A stretch of DNA of 64,000 bases from Lytechinus pictus (lineage: Eukaryota), in the NCBI RefSeq assembly GCF_037042905.1, contig NC_087245.1, positions 39,434,001 to 39,498,000 on the forward strand, read 5' to 3'. This document shows positions 39,790-51,523 of this stretch, in pieces. The notes under the pieces were generated by a model. It saw only the letters and a program-made list of their open reading frames with translations. It was not told where the DNA came from and did no database searches. The position numbers were made by a program, and so were the translations under genes. Position 1 is the first letter of the stretch. Every line of letters begins with the position of its first letter.

Positions 39790-40985
39790 TGATAGTTTTA
39801 GCTTTCTTCCTCTGTTTTCTTTCTATCTTTCTTTCCTTCTTTCTTTTCAATCTTTCTTTGTTTCTTCCCTCTCTTCTTTAATTTTTTTTGTTACTGTCTT
39901 TCTTTTTTAATTATTCTTTGTCTTTCGTTCTTTCATTCTTTCGGTCCTTTTAACATTTTTCTCTATTTCTTTTTCTCTTTCTTTTTTGATTTCTTTCTTT
40001 CTTTTATTCTTGAGTCCATCCATCCTATATTTATCTCTTCTTTCTTTCTTCCTTTCCTTCTTTTTACCCTTTCTTTCCTTCATTCTTTGTTTCTTTCTTC
40101 ATTCCATCCATCCTTTCTTTACCATTTCCTGTTTTTTTATTTCTTCCTTCTTTCAGCCCTTTCTCTCTTTCTTTCATTCATTCCTTCCTTTCTGTTCTTT
40201 CTTTTTTCCCTTCATTTCATCTATCCTTTTACCTTTTTTTTTTTTTTTTACTGCTTGCTTCCTTTCCTTTCTTCTTTCGTTCTTTTTTTCCCTCATTCCT
40301 TCCTTTCTTTGTCTTTCAGTCTTTCTTTTTTTTCTTACTTTCATCTATTTTACATTTTCTTTCTTTTTTCTATTGCTTGCTTGCTTCCTTCCTTCTTTCC
40401 TTCTATCTATCATTTTACCTTTCTTTATTTCTTCCTTCTTTCAATACTTTCTTTCTTTTTTCCTTCTTTCCATCTCTCCTTTTACCCTTTCTTTCTTTTT
40501 TTATTGCTTCTTTCCTTCTTTCTGTCTTTTGTTCTTTCTTTCTATATTGCTTGCTTCATTTCTTTCCTTCTTTCTTTCTTTCCTTCATTCCTTTATTTCT
40601 TCTTTTTCTTTTGTTCTTTCTTTCTTATTTTTGTTCTTTCTTTCCTTCCTTCCTTTCCCTCTTCAGTTCTTTCTTTTTTTCCTTCCTTCACATTTATCCT
40701 TTCTTTACCCTTTTTCTTCCTTTCTTTCTTTCTTTCTTTCTTTCTATCTTTTTTCCTTCTTTCCATCTTTCCTTATACCCTTTCTTTCTTACTTTATTGC
40801 TTCTTTCCTTTTTTCATTACTTTCTGTCTTTTGTTTTTTCTTTCTTTCCTTTTTTTCTTTTGTTCTTTCTTTCTTTCTTTCTTTTTTCCTTCCTTCACAT
40901 CTATCCTTTCTTTACCTTTTATTTGTTCTTCCTTCCTTTCTTTTATTATTTCTTCCTTTGTTTCTTTTTGTCTTTCATTCCTTCA
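39790..40985. repeat. Low-complexity polypyrimidine (CTTT/CCTT) tract
   Basis: About 1.2 kb that is overwhelmingly C/T on the plus strand. Confidence 0.95.
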
Positions 40986-41949
40986 TTTTTGTCTCACCTG
41001 CATAGCAGAGTGAGACTATAGGCGCCGCTTTTCCGACGGCGGCGGCGACGGCGGCGGCGGCGTCAACACCAAATCTTAACCTGAGGTTAAGTTTTTGAAA
41101 TGACAGCATAACTTAGAAAGTATATAGACCTAGTTCATGAAACTTGGCCATAAGGTTAATCAAGTATTACTGAACATCCTGCCTGAGTTTCATGTCACAT
41201 GACCAAGGTCAAAGGTCATTTAGGGTCAATGAACTTGGACCATGTTGGGGGAATCAACATCAAAATCTTAACCTAAGGTTAAGTTTTTGAAATGTCATCA
41301 TAACTTAGAAAATATATGGACCTAGTTCATGAAACTTATACATAAGGTTAATCAAGTATCACTGAACATCCTGCATGAGTTTCACATCACATGACCAAGG
41401 TCAAAGGTCATTTAGGGTCAATGAACTTTGGCCGAATTGGGGGTATCTGTTGAATTACCATCATAACTTTGAAAGTTTATGGATCTGATTCATGAAACTT
41501 GGACATAATAGTAATCAAGTATTACTGAACATCCTGTGCAAGTTTCAGGTCATATGATCAAGGTCAAAGGTCATTTAGGGTCAATGAACTTTGGCCAAAT
41601 TGGGGTATTTGTTGAATTACAGCCATAAATTTGAAAGTGTGTTGGTCTAGTTCATAAAACTTGGACATAATAGTAATCAAGTATCACTGAACATCCTGTG
41701 CGAGTTTCAGGTCACATGATCAAGGTCAAAGGTCATGTAAGGTCAAAGAACTTTGGCCACGTTGGGGGTATTTGTTGAATTGCCATCATATCTCTATAAG
41801 TGTATTGGTCTAGTTCATAAAACGTGGAAATAAGAGTAACCAAGTATCACTGAACATCTTGTGCGAGTTATAGTAGTTTTCAAAATCAGCACTGCTGCTA
41901 TATTGAATCGCGTGATGCAGGTGAGACGGCCAGAGGCATTCCACTTGTT
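40986..41949 (+). mobile_element. Helentron-associated (HINE/DINE-1/Tsp-like) non-autonomous element, copy 1
   Basis: Subterminal inverted repeats GTCTCACCTGC / GCAGGTGAGAC, a 5' hairpin, a (GGC)n microsatellite, ~160-190-bp internal tandem units, T-rich flanks and no TSD. Confidence 0.8.
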
Positions 41950-43190
41950 TTTTTTGGGGGGGGGGTAACAAGAAAGGACAGCAAAATAAACTCACGCCAT
42001 TTTTTTATGTTTTCTTTATTTTGGGGACCAGTAGATTTTAGGTTCGGACCAGTAAAAAATGGAAAAACTGGGTATTTACTGGTCCGACATGAATAGGTTG
42101 GACCAGTAGAAAAAAAGGGTTAGTGTGGAGCCCTGATATCACTTATAAAAGATTTTAATAATGGTATGGTTTTCATCATGACTTGCTGTTGATTTTATTT
42201 TGCTCATTGGTATCCTTATTTTGATTTTGTGTGTTTGTGTGTGCATGTGTTTCATATGTTCTTTTTAATTTGAATATACTGGAGTCTATTCATTAAAAAA
42301 ATTACTGCTTTGTTAAAACATGCATGTGAAACTTTAAGGGTGTTATGTTTCAAAATATTAATTGTTAGTATGAAGATGCTAATGAATAATCTTTTACAGT
42401 TTAATTCCAAAGGACATTGATACAAGTATACTTGTGCACAAGAATAGTACCATCAGAACTAATACTCAGTCACTCCCACCCCCCCCCCAAAAAAAAAAAA
42501 AAAAAAAAATCAGAGATAAACATCAAAATTTAGTATCATTATTAGCAAGTAATTAGGAAAAGTTCAAACTCATTTGTTTTATTTTTCTTAGATTTTCTGT
42601 GTGGATTTAATTTGTCATAATTCAATTTCAGGTTATATTTATTTCTTTGTTGGCTTGCAACTTTTAAAGGATTTTAGTTTGGTAAGGTACATACAGTACA
42701 TGTATGTCACTGCCATCACCTTTTGAAATTATGTCTCTCAAATTAGTTCCAACCAGAAAATTAATCGTCTGATCAAGTGACCATAATACTGAATTATATA
42801 AAGTTTAAAAAATGTTAATAAAAGAACTGCTTGGAAATATTGCTAAAGGGAGGTCATTGCAAATGTACATTGAAATTGGGATATATTGTCTATCTAAACT
42901 TATATGAGTAATGAGGCTGTACAAATGAGAGTTATCCATTATGATCAGGAATTAGAGCAAAGCTTACTTAAATGTTAAATTCTAGATGTAATATTTATGA
43001 ACTCAAAGGATAATTTGCATGTTCAAATACTTTTCTTGACTCTGAACCCTGTTTTCATTAATTTTTATTGCATGCAATAGGTACTAATATCTTTGAAAAC
43101 TTGATAGTGTTATACAAAAGTATTTTTAATTGATTAGAGACATTCTAGTCAAATTTCCCAATTTAACATCTTATTTTCTTATCTTTGCAG

Positions 43191-44595
43191 ATCTTCAGGT
43201 TCTAGCTACTCCAGATCTAGATCTCGTACACCAGAGAAGCGGTACCGTGATAAGGGCAGATCTTCACGAAGGACCCCACCAAAGTATCGTCGCTCTTCAA
43301 AACGGTCCCCTTCACATGAAAAAAGGAGGCCAAGGTATGACCGCCGATCCCGCTCTGAGTCATCATCCCCCAGGCGACGGTCACTCGAAAAGAAAGAATA
43401 TCTGGATACCTCCAAGGTCCTGACAGGCAACTTCTCCAACATCCCTGGACTTGATTACATAGGCCGAGGAGGAAAAGGTGATAATGAGTCTAGTCAGGAT
43501 CTTGATTTACGTCTCAGAGAACTTGAGACCCAGGGATCTGCTGGGTCATCTCGATCCAGAGCTGCAGAACAAGCAAAGAACTCTCAAAGAGACTACTTTG
43601 AGTCAAAGAGAGAATCACAAGAAAGTTACAAAGAACGCAGTAGGTCACCGGCTGAGAAGAAGTATGAGTCATCAAGGTACTCCAAGGAAAGAGCTGTGTC
43701 TCCAGACAGCGAGAGGTATAGGGAGCAAAAGGATCAGAAACGACCCGATTATGGTATCAGAGTCGAGGTAAAGAGAAAGCCGTCGCCAAAGAGAAGAAAG
43801 TTTGATTCCAGCCTGGTGTTCATACCTCGCAGGAAGGATGAAGGTTTGCAGCCGATATTCGATCGCCCAGAAATCATTGTCCGCACTTTGGAGGATGATC
43901 CTGAAATGTACCCTGAGAAGTATGAACGCTTTGCTTGTTGGAAGAAGTCTCCTGAGCGAAACCGAAAGAGGAATGACCGGGAGTACAGCAGAGAGAGGGA
44001 GGAAAGACCAAGGAAGCAGAACAGACATCACAAAGATAGCAGGAGGTCTCCCAGTCCAGAGCCTCAGCAGCCAAGGCAGGCCACTGTCATGATGAAGCCA
44101 TTCACTGTTTATGAGAAATACGAACAATCCTTGCGGAATAAACCTGCACCTACTCCTGCAACACAGGAAGTGGATAACTACTTGCAGCGCTCCCAGGACT
44201 TTGGTCTATCCCAGAGCTCTCTCCCTCTGTCCGGGTCTACCAGCTTGTTTAGTTCTGGCTTGGGACTGGATAACGTCCTTGATGTAGGTAGCGATCTGCG
44301 ACTTGACCTGGATGTGCGTCGGCAGTTCCTTGTGAGGGAAGCTGAAAAACAGCTGGATTTGCAGCAACTCCAACCCTCCATATCCCCAACCCTAGGCCGG
44401 CTGACTGGGTCAGGAATGTCCCTTGATCGAAGAGAAATTGCTTCGTCAGAAAGAAGACCAGTGAGGGAGCGGCTTGGTGATCTGGATAGAGGGGTACTAA
44501 AGTTGGACGGTGAAGTACCCGACTTTAGGAAAGAGGTCGAAGAGCTACAGAGACTGGATCCTACTTCTCAGCCAATTAGAGGAAATTTCTTTCAG
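43191..44595 (+). CDS. RS-rich protein, large exon (RS domain, CAM-like motif, DLRLD motif)
   Basis: 1405-nt open exon with a TTATCTTTGCAG acceptor and CAG|GTGAGT donor. Encodes SSGSSYSRSRSRTPEKR...IPRRKDEGLQPIFDRPEI...DLRLDLDVRR...DPTSQPIRGNFFQ. Confidence 0.9.
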
Positions 44596-45078
44596 GTGAG
44601 TAACTCTACATATGCCATTTGAGTTGAGCATTGTGCGATAACAAATTTTGTCCTGTTTATGCACATATTATCGATATGAAATATGCGTGATGGACATTTG
44701 ATAAATGAAATCTATGCAAACTATTTACTTCAACAGTTCTGATGAAATATTGCAAACATTGTTATGTTATTGCACAATTTACCTTTGTGTTGAGTTTCTA
44801 CCAAATAATCTTACCTTACCAACATGAATTATATTCAAATTGTTGTCATGTCATATGTGTCTTTGTAAAGCTTTAAACAAGAAACTTATTTTGTGCCGAT
44901 ATTTTAAAGAATTTGTTGGGTACATGTAAGTTTTTTTTTGGAGCTAAGCAATCCAGAAACTTTTTGCCAGGGTTCGTCTTATGGGCCAATGTATTTCATC
45001 ATGTGATTGTATGTGTATGTTATGTTTTGCATTTTTTAAAGCCTATTTTCAATTGATCTCCCCTCTTGAAATATACAG

Positions 45079-45387
45079 CATGATGATCGTGATCAGCCCT
45101 CGCTGGCCGAAGAAAAGCGAGGCATAAGGCCGTCACCAAGGGGTCGAGGAAGCTATGTGCCCCGCAGCTCATACCGCGGAGCACGTGGTATCGGCCGAGG
45201 TTATCTTGGCCGTAACTTCATCCCAAACTTCAGAGGTTATTCTAGAGGTTTAAACAGCAGGTTTCCTTCACGTCGAGGAGGATACAGCTCCTCCTGGAAA
45301 CATGACAAGTTTGAGGACAAGGACAGAGAGAACCGAGACAAGAGAGAGAAGAAAGAAAAGAAATCAAAGTCTTCAACGTCAGATAAG
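45079..45387 (+). CDS. RS-rich protein exon with HDDR, RG-rich segment and WKHDKF (Btz-like)
   Basis: ATACAG acceptor and AAG|GTTTGT donor. 309 nt, phase 0-0. Confidence 0.88.
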
Positions 45388-45556
45388 GTTTGTACAGCTG
45401 AACTTTAATATCAAAATCATCCATGTCCTTTAGTTAAGAAAATCGCAACTCTGAAACCAGGAATTAATGCTAAAAACTGATGACGTATTTTGTATTGTGA
45501 ATTTTAACATATGCATGATCACGTTTGGAGTTTCACTCTTGTGTCAGTCAGCATAA

Positions 45557-46949
45557 GGGCCATTCTGGGTCGCGTGACCAAACAGTCTGAGTTCCCTATG
45601 CTAATGAGCAAATTGGCAAGATTCGTCCAAATCCTCTCGTGGCTGAAACCTCCTCCCTGCAAAATCTTGTGATTCGTGAGATTTTCTTTCTCAAATAATT
45701 AAACCCCTTTTATTTTCAAATAAAATATAATATCATAGTATCAAAAGAAAGAGTAAATGTTATTCTTTATTTCTTTTGATTAAAATATGTTGACTGTTGA
45801 CAAATAAGTAAGATGCCTCGAACTGATTTCTCTTCCTCTGCTTTCTCTTGCAAATTGTGCAAAACTTTATTTTGAGCCTAAAATACTATTTATATCATCA
45901 TAAAGCTGAAAGTGTGTGCTTTCTCACCAATGTCACTCTCAATATGTGGCACCTTTAAATCGGGTCAAGATCACACTTTTCCCATCAAGATACAAGACAA
46001 AATTTCTGAAATTTCTGAGTAGTGTGAAATCCAGTGATCTGGTAAGCTGAATAAGGCTTCATAACAACAGGCGCAGGGAATTTGTGGAGATAACCACATG
46101 GGGAGTGTGACCTTGTACAGGCCTCAGGAATGGAATGTTGGAATGTTGATGGGTGTGTATGGTTTCCTTGACCAATCAGAGTGCAGTATTCTTGTTTGAA
46201 AGCTGCTAAATGTACTTTGCCTAGGAATAGTGTGATCTTGACCCTATTAAAAAAAAATTCCTTTTACAACCTATATCATATTAAAGCTTAGATCTTCAGC
46301 TTTATTATTATCTAAATATAATTTGGGCTCAAACAGAAATAAAGAGAAAAATAGCAAATTTTGTGAGGTGAAAATAATTATTTTGTAGCATGTTTTAGAT
46401 CAAAAGTTTCACCTATAGTACACATGTTTAAAATAAATGAATTCAAACACATGACCTGGAAGAATGATTCTTCTTCTTTGCAATGATACCAGAATCATGA
46501 AATAAATTGATATAAATTTGGAGCAGCAATAGCTGAATAAAAAGAGGCGTTTTGGTTCGCACCTAGCTCATTTAATATGCAGAACCTCTCTTGTCATGTA
46601 TATCACTTTGATGAAAGAAGCTTCTTTTTGAGCACCTGTCTTCTGACTGCAAAATTATGACAAATCTTGACTATAATTATAGATCTGAAAATTTAAGAGA
46701 TTTAGTAAATCAAAGTTGTTTGATGTTTAGTCCGCTGTCATTTCGAATTATTGGAAAATATTTTTTGCTGTCTCCAATATGCAGGTTCAAGGTCGGAGGT
46801 CAAAATAAGTGGGTCATGCGTGTGACTTCACACAGGAGCATGATTTTGACAATTTGACTAGTTATAAATAGATCTCTAAAATTATGTGATTTATAAACAA
46901 AGTCAAGATTTGTCATAATTTTGGTCATACATGTGACCAAGAATGGCCC
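45557..46949. mobile_element. Non-autonomous DNA transposon with 4-bp TSD (Sola2-like)
   Basis: ATAA|GGGCCATTCTGGGTC...GACCAAGAATGGCCC|ATAA. Confidence 0.7.
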
Positions 46950-47159
46950 ATAAGCATGAGAATCGACTTCTAGCAGTGCATGGTCATACAGAATGAAATG
47001 TTGCCTTTATAGCCGACTTTTATCTAGATGACTCAAGCCTTATTCCATAACACAGAAATTTCGACCTTAAGGGTTTCGTTATTGACCAAATGGATTTAAT
47101 GGATTTATATTTATATATTGACCCAGAGATCTCCATTTGACTTTTGATTATGCTTGTAG

Positions 47160-47207
47160 AAAAAGACCAAGAAGTCATCAAAGAAGACTCCAGAAAGATC
47201 CAAATCT
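47160..47207 (+). CDS. RS-rich protein, Lys/Ser-rich 48-nt exon
   Basis: TGCTTGTAG acceptor, KKTKKSSKKTPERSKS, GTAAGT donor. Phase 0-0. Confidence 0.8.
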
Positions 47208-47898
47208 GTAAGTGGCAATCCTATTTATGTTGTGTTGCATGGTTATCAGTTAATAGGAAAAATACCCAAGGCAAATTTGAAGGATCATTCTGGCAATTTA
47301 AGAAACGAATCAAAAGAAATAGTTCAAAATCGTATGGTTATTCTTATGGGGGGGAGGGGAGTTGGGTTACTGTGATACTTTTACAGTGTGTATCAATAAA
47401 ACTGGACTTTTGAAGATCGCGATCATAGCACACTACTTATCTTTATGTATATTACCCCATGTCAATATAGAGATCAATTAGGAAAATAATACCAAAGGGT
47501 TCAGGTCAACTTGCACCTCTATATTTTTAAAAACCCTATTAATTTGAAATTTTGAAGAAAAAAACATTCACTTAAATTGTTACAGCTTATCAATTGTTGC
47601 AGATTTAAGAAAAAAGGTTGTGGAAGGCAGCCATTGAAAATGAAAAAAAACAACGAACTGTTTCTACATTTGAATACTTGCTAATTGTTATGCTAAGAGT
47701 CTTCTTAAAATTGCATCATCACACTCTGTAATTAAACTGATACTGAATATTTGATATTGTGCCATATCTGTAAATAAATGTCATTCTTGGCAGAAGAAAA
47801 CAGGCAATTTCAATAAAGTTTCAAAGTGACGACGACAACATAAAGCTTCTTTTGCAGTCCATGGGGACCCAGGATTTGGCCGGATGAATTCCTGTTTA

Positions 47899-48233
47899 AG
47901 CCCCCATCACACTTATTCTGAATCAAGCGAAATTGGCCGGAATGAAAGGACTATTGTTCGACCACCAGTTGGTCCCTCGAATGCACTCAGAATGCAGTCA
48001 GAATATTTAGAAATGCCTAGAATGTCCAAGAATGTAGCACGAATTATCAATCTGACTCCATTGCGGTTCATTTTGACTAGTGTATGATTATTCACCTGGT
48101 CAATTTACTGAATTTTAACTCCAGTTTGGTGAATTCATAAGTTCCTCCCAAAAATTTCTAGATTTTTTGAATATTTTTTTTGTTCCAGCTTATGCTTGAT
48201 TCCTGCTGACTCCGAATAAGTGTGATGGGGGCT
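47899..48233. mobile_element. MITE (Harbinger-like)
   Basis: AGCCCCCATCACACTTATTC...GAATAAGTGTGATGGGGGCT inverted termini. Confidence 0.7.
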
Positions 48234-48515
48234 TTAGATTGGTTCAGAGTTGTTTAGAACCAGACCAATTGAAACCTTTAGCCACCATGAACCAAATCAT
48301 GCAAAATTTGGTGTGCAGTGGTACTTCGTCATGCTCTACTGAAATATGGTCATGAAACCGTTGAAATACTAAAACAGAAAATTGATGAAATCACGCTTTT
48401 TTGCTCTATATGTTCTATCTTTGCAATTTTGTTTGAGTGAGAAAAGTCTTTTATACCTCGGTCACATTTGCTCAACGGCGGCCGTACGGCGAGTTGAAAA
48501 CAGCCGTTTTATTCA

Positions 48516-49479
48516 TTTTTGTCTCACCTGCATAGCAGAGTGAGACTATAGGCGCCGCTTTTCCGACGGCGACGGCGACGGCGGCGGCGGCGTCAACACC
48601 AAATCTTAACCTGAGGTTAAGTTTTTGAAATGACAGCATAACTTAGAAAGTATATGGACCTAGTTCATGAAACTTGGCCATAAGGTTAATCAAGTATTAC
48701 TGAACATCCTGCCTGAGTTTCATGTCACATGACCAAGGTCAAAGGTCATTTAGGGTCAATGAACTTAGACCATGTTGGGGGAATCAACATCAAAATCTTA
48801 ACCTAAGGTTAAGTTTTTGAAATGTCATCATAACTTAGAAAATATATGGACCTAGTTCATGAAACTTATACATAAGGTTAATCAAGTATCACTGAACATC
48901 CTGCATGAGTTTCACGTCACATGACCAAGGTCAAAGGTCATTTAGGGTCAATGAACTTTGGCCGAATTGGGGGTATCTGTTGAATTACCATCATAACTTT
49001 GAAAGTTTATGGATCTGATTCATGAAACTTGGACATAATAGTAATCAAGTATTACTGAACATCCTGTGCAAGTTTCAGGTCACATGATCAAGGTCAAAGG
49101 TCATTTAGGGTCAATGAACTTTGGCCAAATTGGGGTATTTGTTGAATTACAGCCATAAATTTGAAAGTGTGTTGGTCTAGTTCATAAAACTTGGACATAA
49201 TAGTAATCAAGTATCACTGAACATCCTGTGCGAGTTTCAGGTCACATGATCAAGGTCAAAGGTCATGTAAGGTCAAAGAACTTTGGCCACGTTGGGGGTA
49301 TTTGTTGAATTGCCATCATATCTCTATAAGTGTATTGGTCTAGTTCATAAAACGTGGAAATAAGAGTAACCAAGTATCACTGAACATCTTGTGCGAGTTA
49401 TAGTAGTTTTCAAAATCAGCACTGCTGCTATATTGAATCGCGTGATGCAGGTGAGACGGCCAGAGGCATTCCACTTGTT
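48516..49479 (+). mobile_element. Helentron-associated element, copy 2, nested in a small palindromic MITE (~48456-49560)
   Basis: Near-identical to 40986-41949. The host has arms CTCGGTCACATTTG / CAAATGTGACCGAG. Confidence 0.85.
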
Positions 49480-49770
49480 ATTCAAACCGCCTATATGTAG
49501 CTAGTACAAAAAATGTTAAAACGGCTGTTTTCGACTCGCCGTAGAACAAATGTGACCGAGATATTAGGCTGCTTGGTCACACATTATATTTTAGGTTTTG
49601 ATACATTTTATGCAAAGTGAACTTGTCTAATTGCATGTTATTGTGTGTGTTTGATTGTAGTTTTTCAGTATTTTTGTCTTCTTTTATTTGGTTTAGTATA
49701 CATCTATGTCATCTTCCTCTTCAAGATATCCTTTCATTTCAAATCCTTTTCTCTTCTCACTCACACACAG

Positions 49771-49791
49771 AAAAGAGAAAGCAAGAAATAA
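49771..49791 (+). CDS. RS-rich protein, probable terminal coding exon (KRESKK-stop)
   Basis: Long pyrimidine tract ending CACACAG, then AAA AGA GAA AGC AAG AAA TAA in phase 0. Confidence 0.65.
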   Translation, partial: KRESKK

Positions 49792-51031
49792 CTTCAGAAC
49801 TCCAGCAACCTGCAGTTTTATAAACTTGTGAGAGATTTGAACCACTCATCAAGCTTGTGAGAAATGGATTTACATCTGGTTATCACTTGGAAGATTATCA
49901 AATTACATTTGTACATGTAGCAATAGAATAATTGTAGACATTGTTATACATAAACGTCTCTCGATGCATTTCAGGCCATTTCTCAGAGTTAAGTGTGACT
50001 TTAAGTCATGTTTGAATGCAAAGGTACTAAGAATCCTGCCATGGCAGCCGGGTCCTTTCGCAAGGTGTATATACATTTGTCACTATCCACCCAGGTGTAG
50101 TAAATACCCGGTAGGTGCTTCACAAAGCTGTTCTTAAGGTAAGAGCAACTTTAAGAACGATTGGTGATCCTTTCTTGTGTTAATGGTATACACCAACATG
50201 TTCATTGGCGATGGTTTAGCGCATAAGAAAGGATCACCAGCCGTTCTTTAAGTCGCTGTTAACTTATAAACAGCTTTATGAAATGGCCCACCGGAAGGAG
50301 GGAATTCCTTGAATGCTCGAGTCTGATAAGGGTGCCTTGTTAAAGCCAGGATACTAGTATGCAGCATTTTCAAACATTACATTAAGCACTATATAAATGT
50401 TGCATAATTTAAACATTAATTCCCTGAACACAAAGGAGATAAATTGTGTCTATTTCTTAAAGTGAATAGTTGGATAGAATGCTTTTCAACCAGGTTTATA
50501 TTAAGCAGGTACTCTGTGGTCCAACCCTTTTACTTTATCTTTAGTTTTGTGATTTACACAAAGCCACTCAATGTGTTTACTGCATTTCCATTTCTGTGCT
50601 GCAGTACTTCCCGATAAATCCAATCTTGTGAATTCAACAAAAAATGATTTTGGCAAGTTTCGCCATTTACAAAAATACTATCTTGGGAGTGTTTCATGAA
50701 ACAAATAATGATTTTCACTGACAAATCTGCTCTGAGCCAATCAGAAGCAAGGATTTCAGTAGCTTATGACTTTAGGTCAATTGAATTCTCAGACTATTAG
50801 TTTCATGAAATGCTCCCCATATCTGAAGATGCTCCTGAAGGAGTCGATATATTTCAATACTTGTTTGCTTTAATATACCCTGCATATTCATGACTTCAGA
50901 TTTGCTTTAATTTCTACCAGTGGCCATATTCAGACCTATATTTTTCTTGACACTGGGCAATCGGTTCTTTAAGATTATAAATCAGATACGGTAGTCCTGT
51001 GCCAAATATTAACTTATAGTTCTTTAGTTAA

Positions 51032-51523
51032 AGGGGAAGTTCACCCTGAAGAAAAGTTTGTTGTAAGAAATAGCAGAAAAAATATTTTAAAAATATTGGC
51101 CAATGTTTGAGGGAAATCCGTTAAAGATAAAGAGTTATTAGGATTTTAGGTTTTGGATTTGTGACGTCATACACTAGCAGCTGCCCATATGTTGTATGAT
51201 ATAAAATGCATGAATTTCACTTTTTTGATGGTTTCTGATGACTTATTTTTGTTTTCTATTTACGATCGATTGTGAAATGATTTGTCTATTAATATACAAA
51301 AGGTACAGTAAAAATCATTTTCAATTTTCTGAGAAATTTCATTGATTTTTTAACCATTCGCTGTGTAGGAATGCTGCTCGCATATGACGTCACAAATCAA
51401 ATAATTGAAAGTATAAGAACTTTTTAATTCTTTGATGGATTTTTCTCAAACCTTTGCCAATATTTTTTATTAATTTTTTCTGCTATTTTTAAAATAAACT
51501 TTTTGCCAGGGTGAACTTCCCCT
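51032..51523. mobile_element. TTAA-flanked MITE (Kolobok/T2-like)
   Basis: TTAA|AGGGGAAGTTCACCCTG...CAGGGTGAACTTCCCCT|TTAA. Confidence 0.85.

Larger units (their letters stand above)
39065..42135. mobile_element. Non-autonomous element with 7-bp TSD (same family as 24742-26623)
   Basis: ATATCAC|CAGGGCTCGACACTA...TAGTGTGGAGCCCTG|ATATCAC. It contains a CT-rich tract and a nested Helentron-type element. Confidence 0.8.

Noticed and set aside
39986..41021. Three long overlapping Phe/Leu/Ser-rich ORFs (214-339 aa)
   Set aside because: Artefact of a C/T low-complexity tract that lacks stop codons in all three frames.
43672..44127. Antisense ORFs over the large RS exon
   Set aside because: Shadow frames of the real plus-strand exon.
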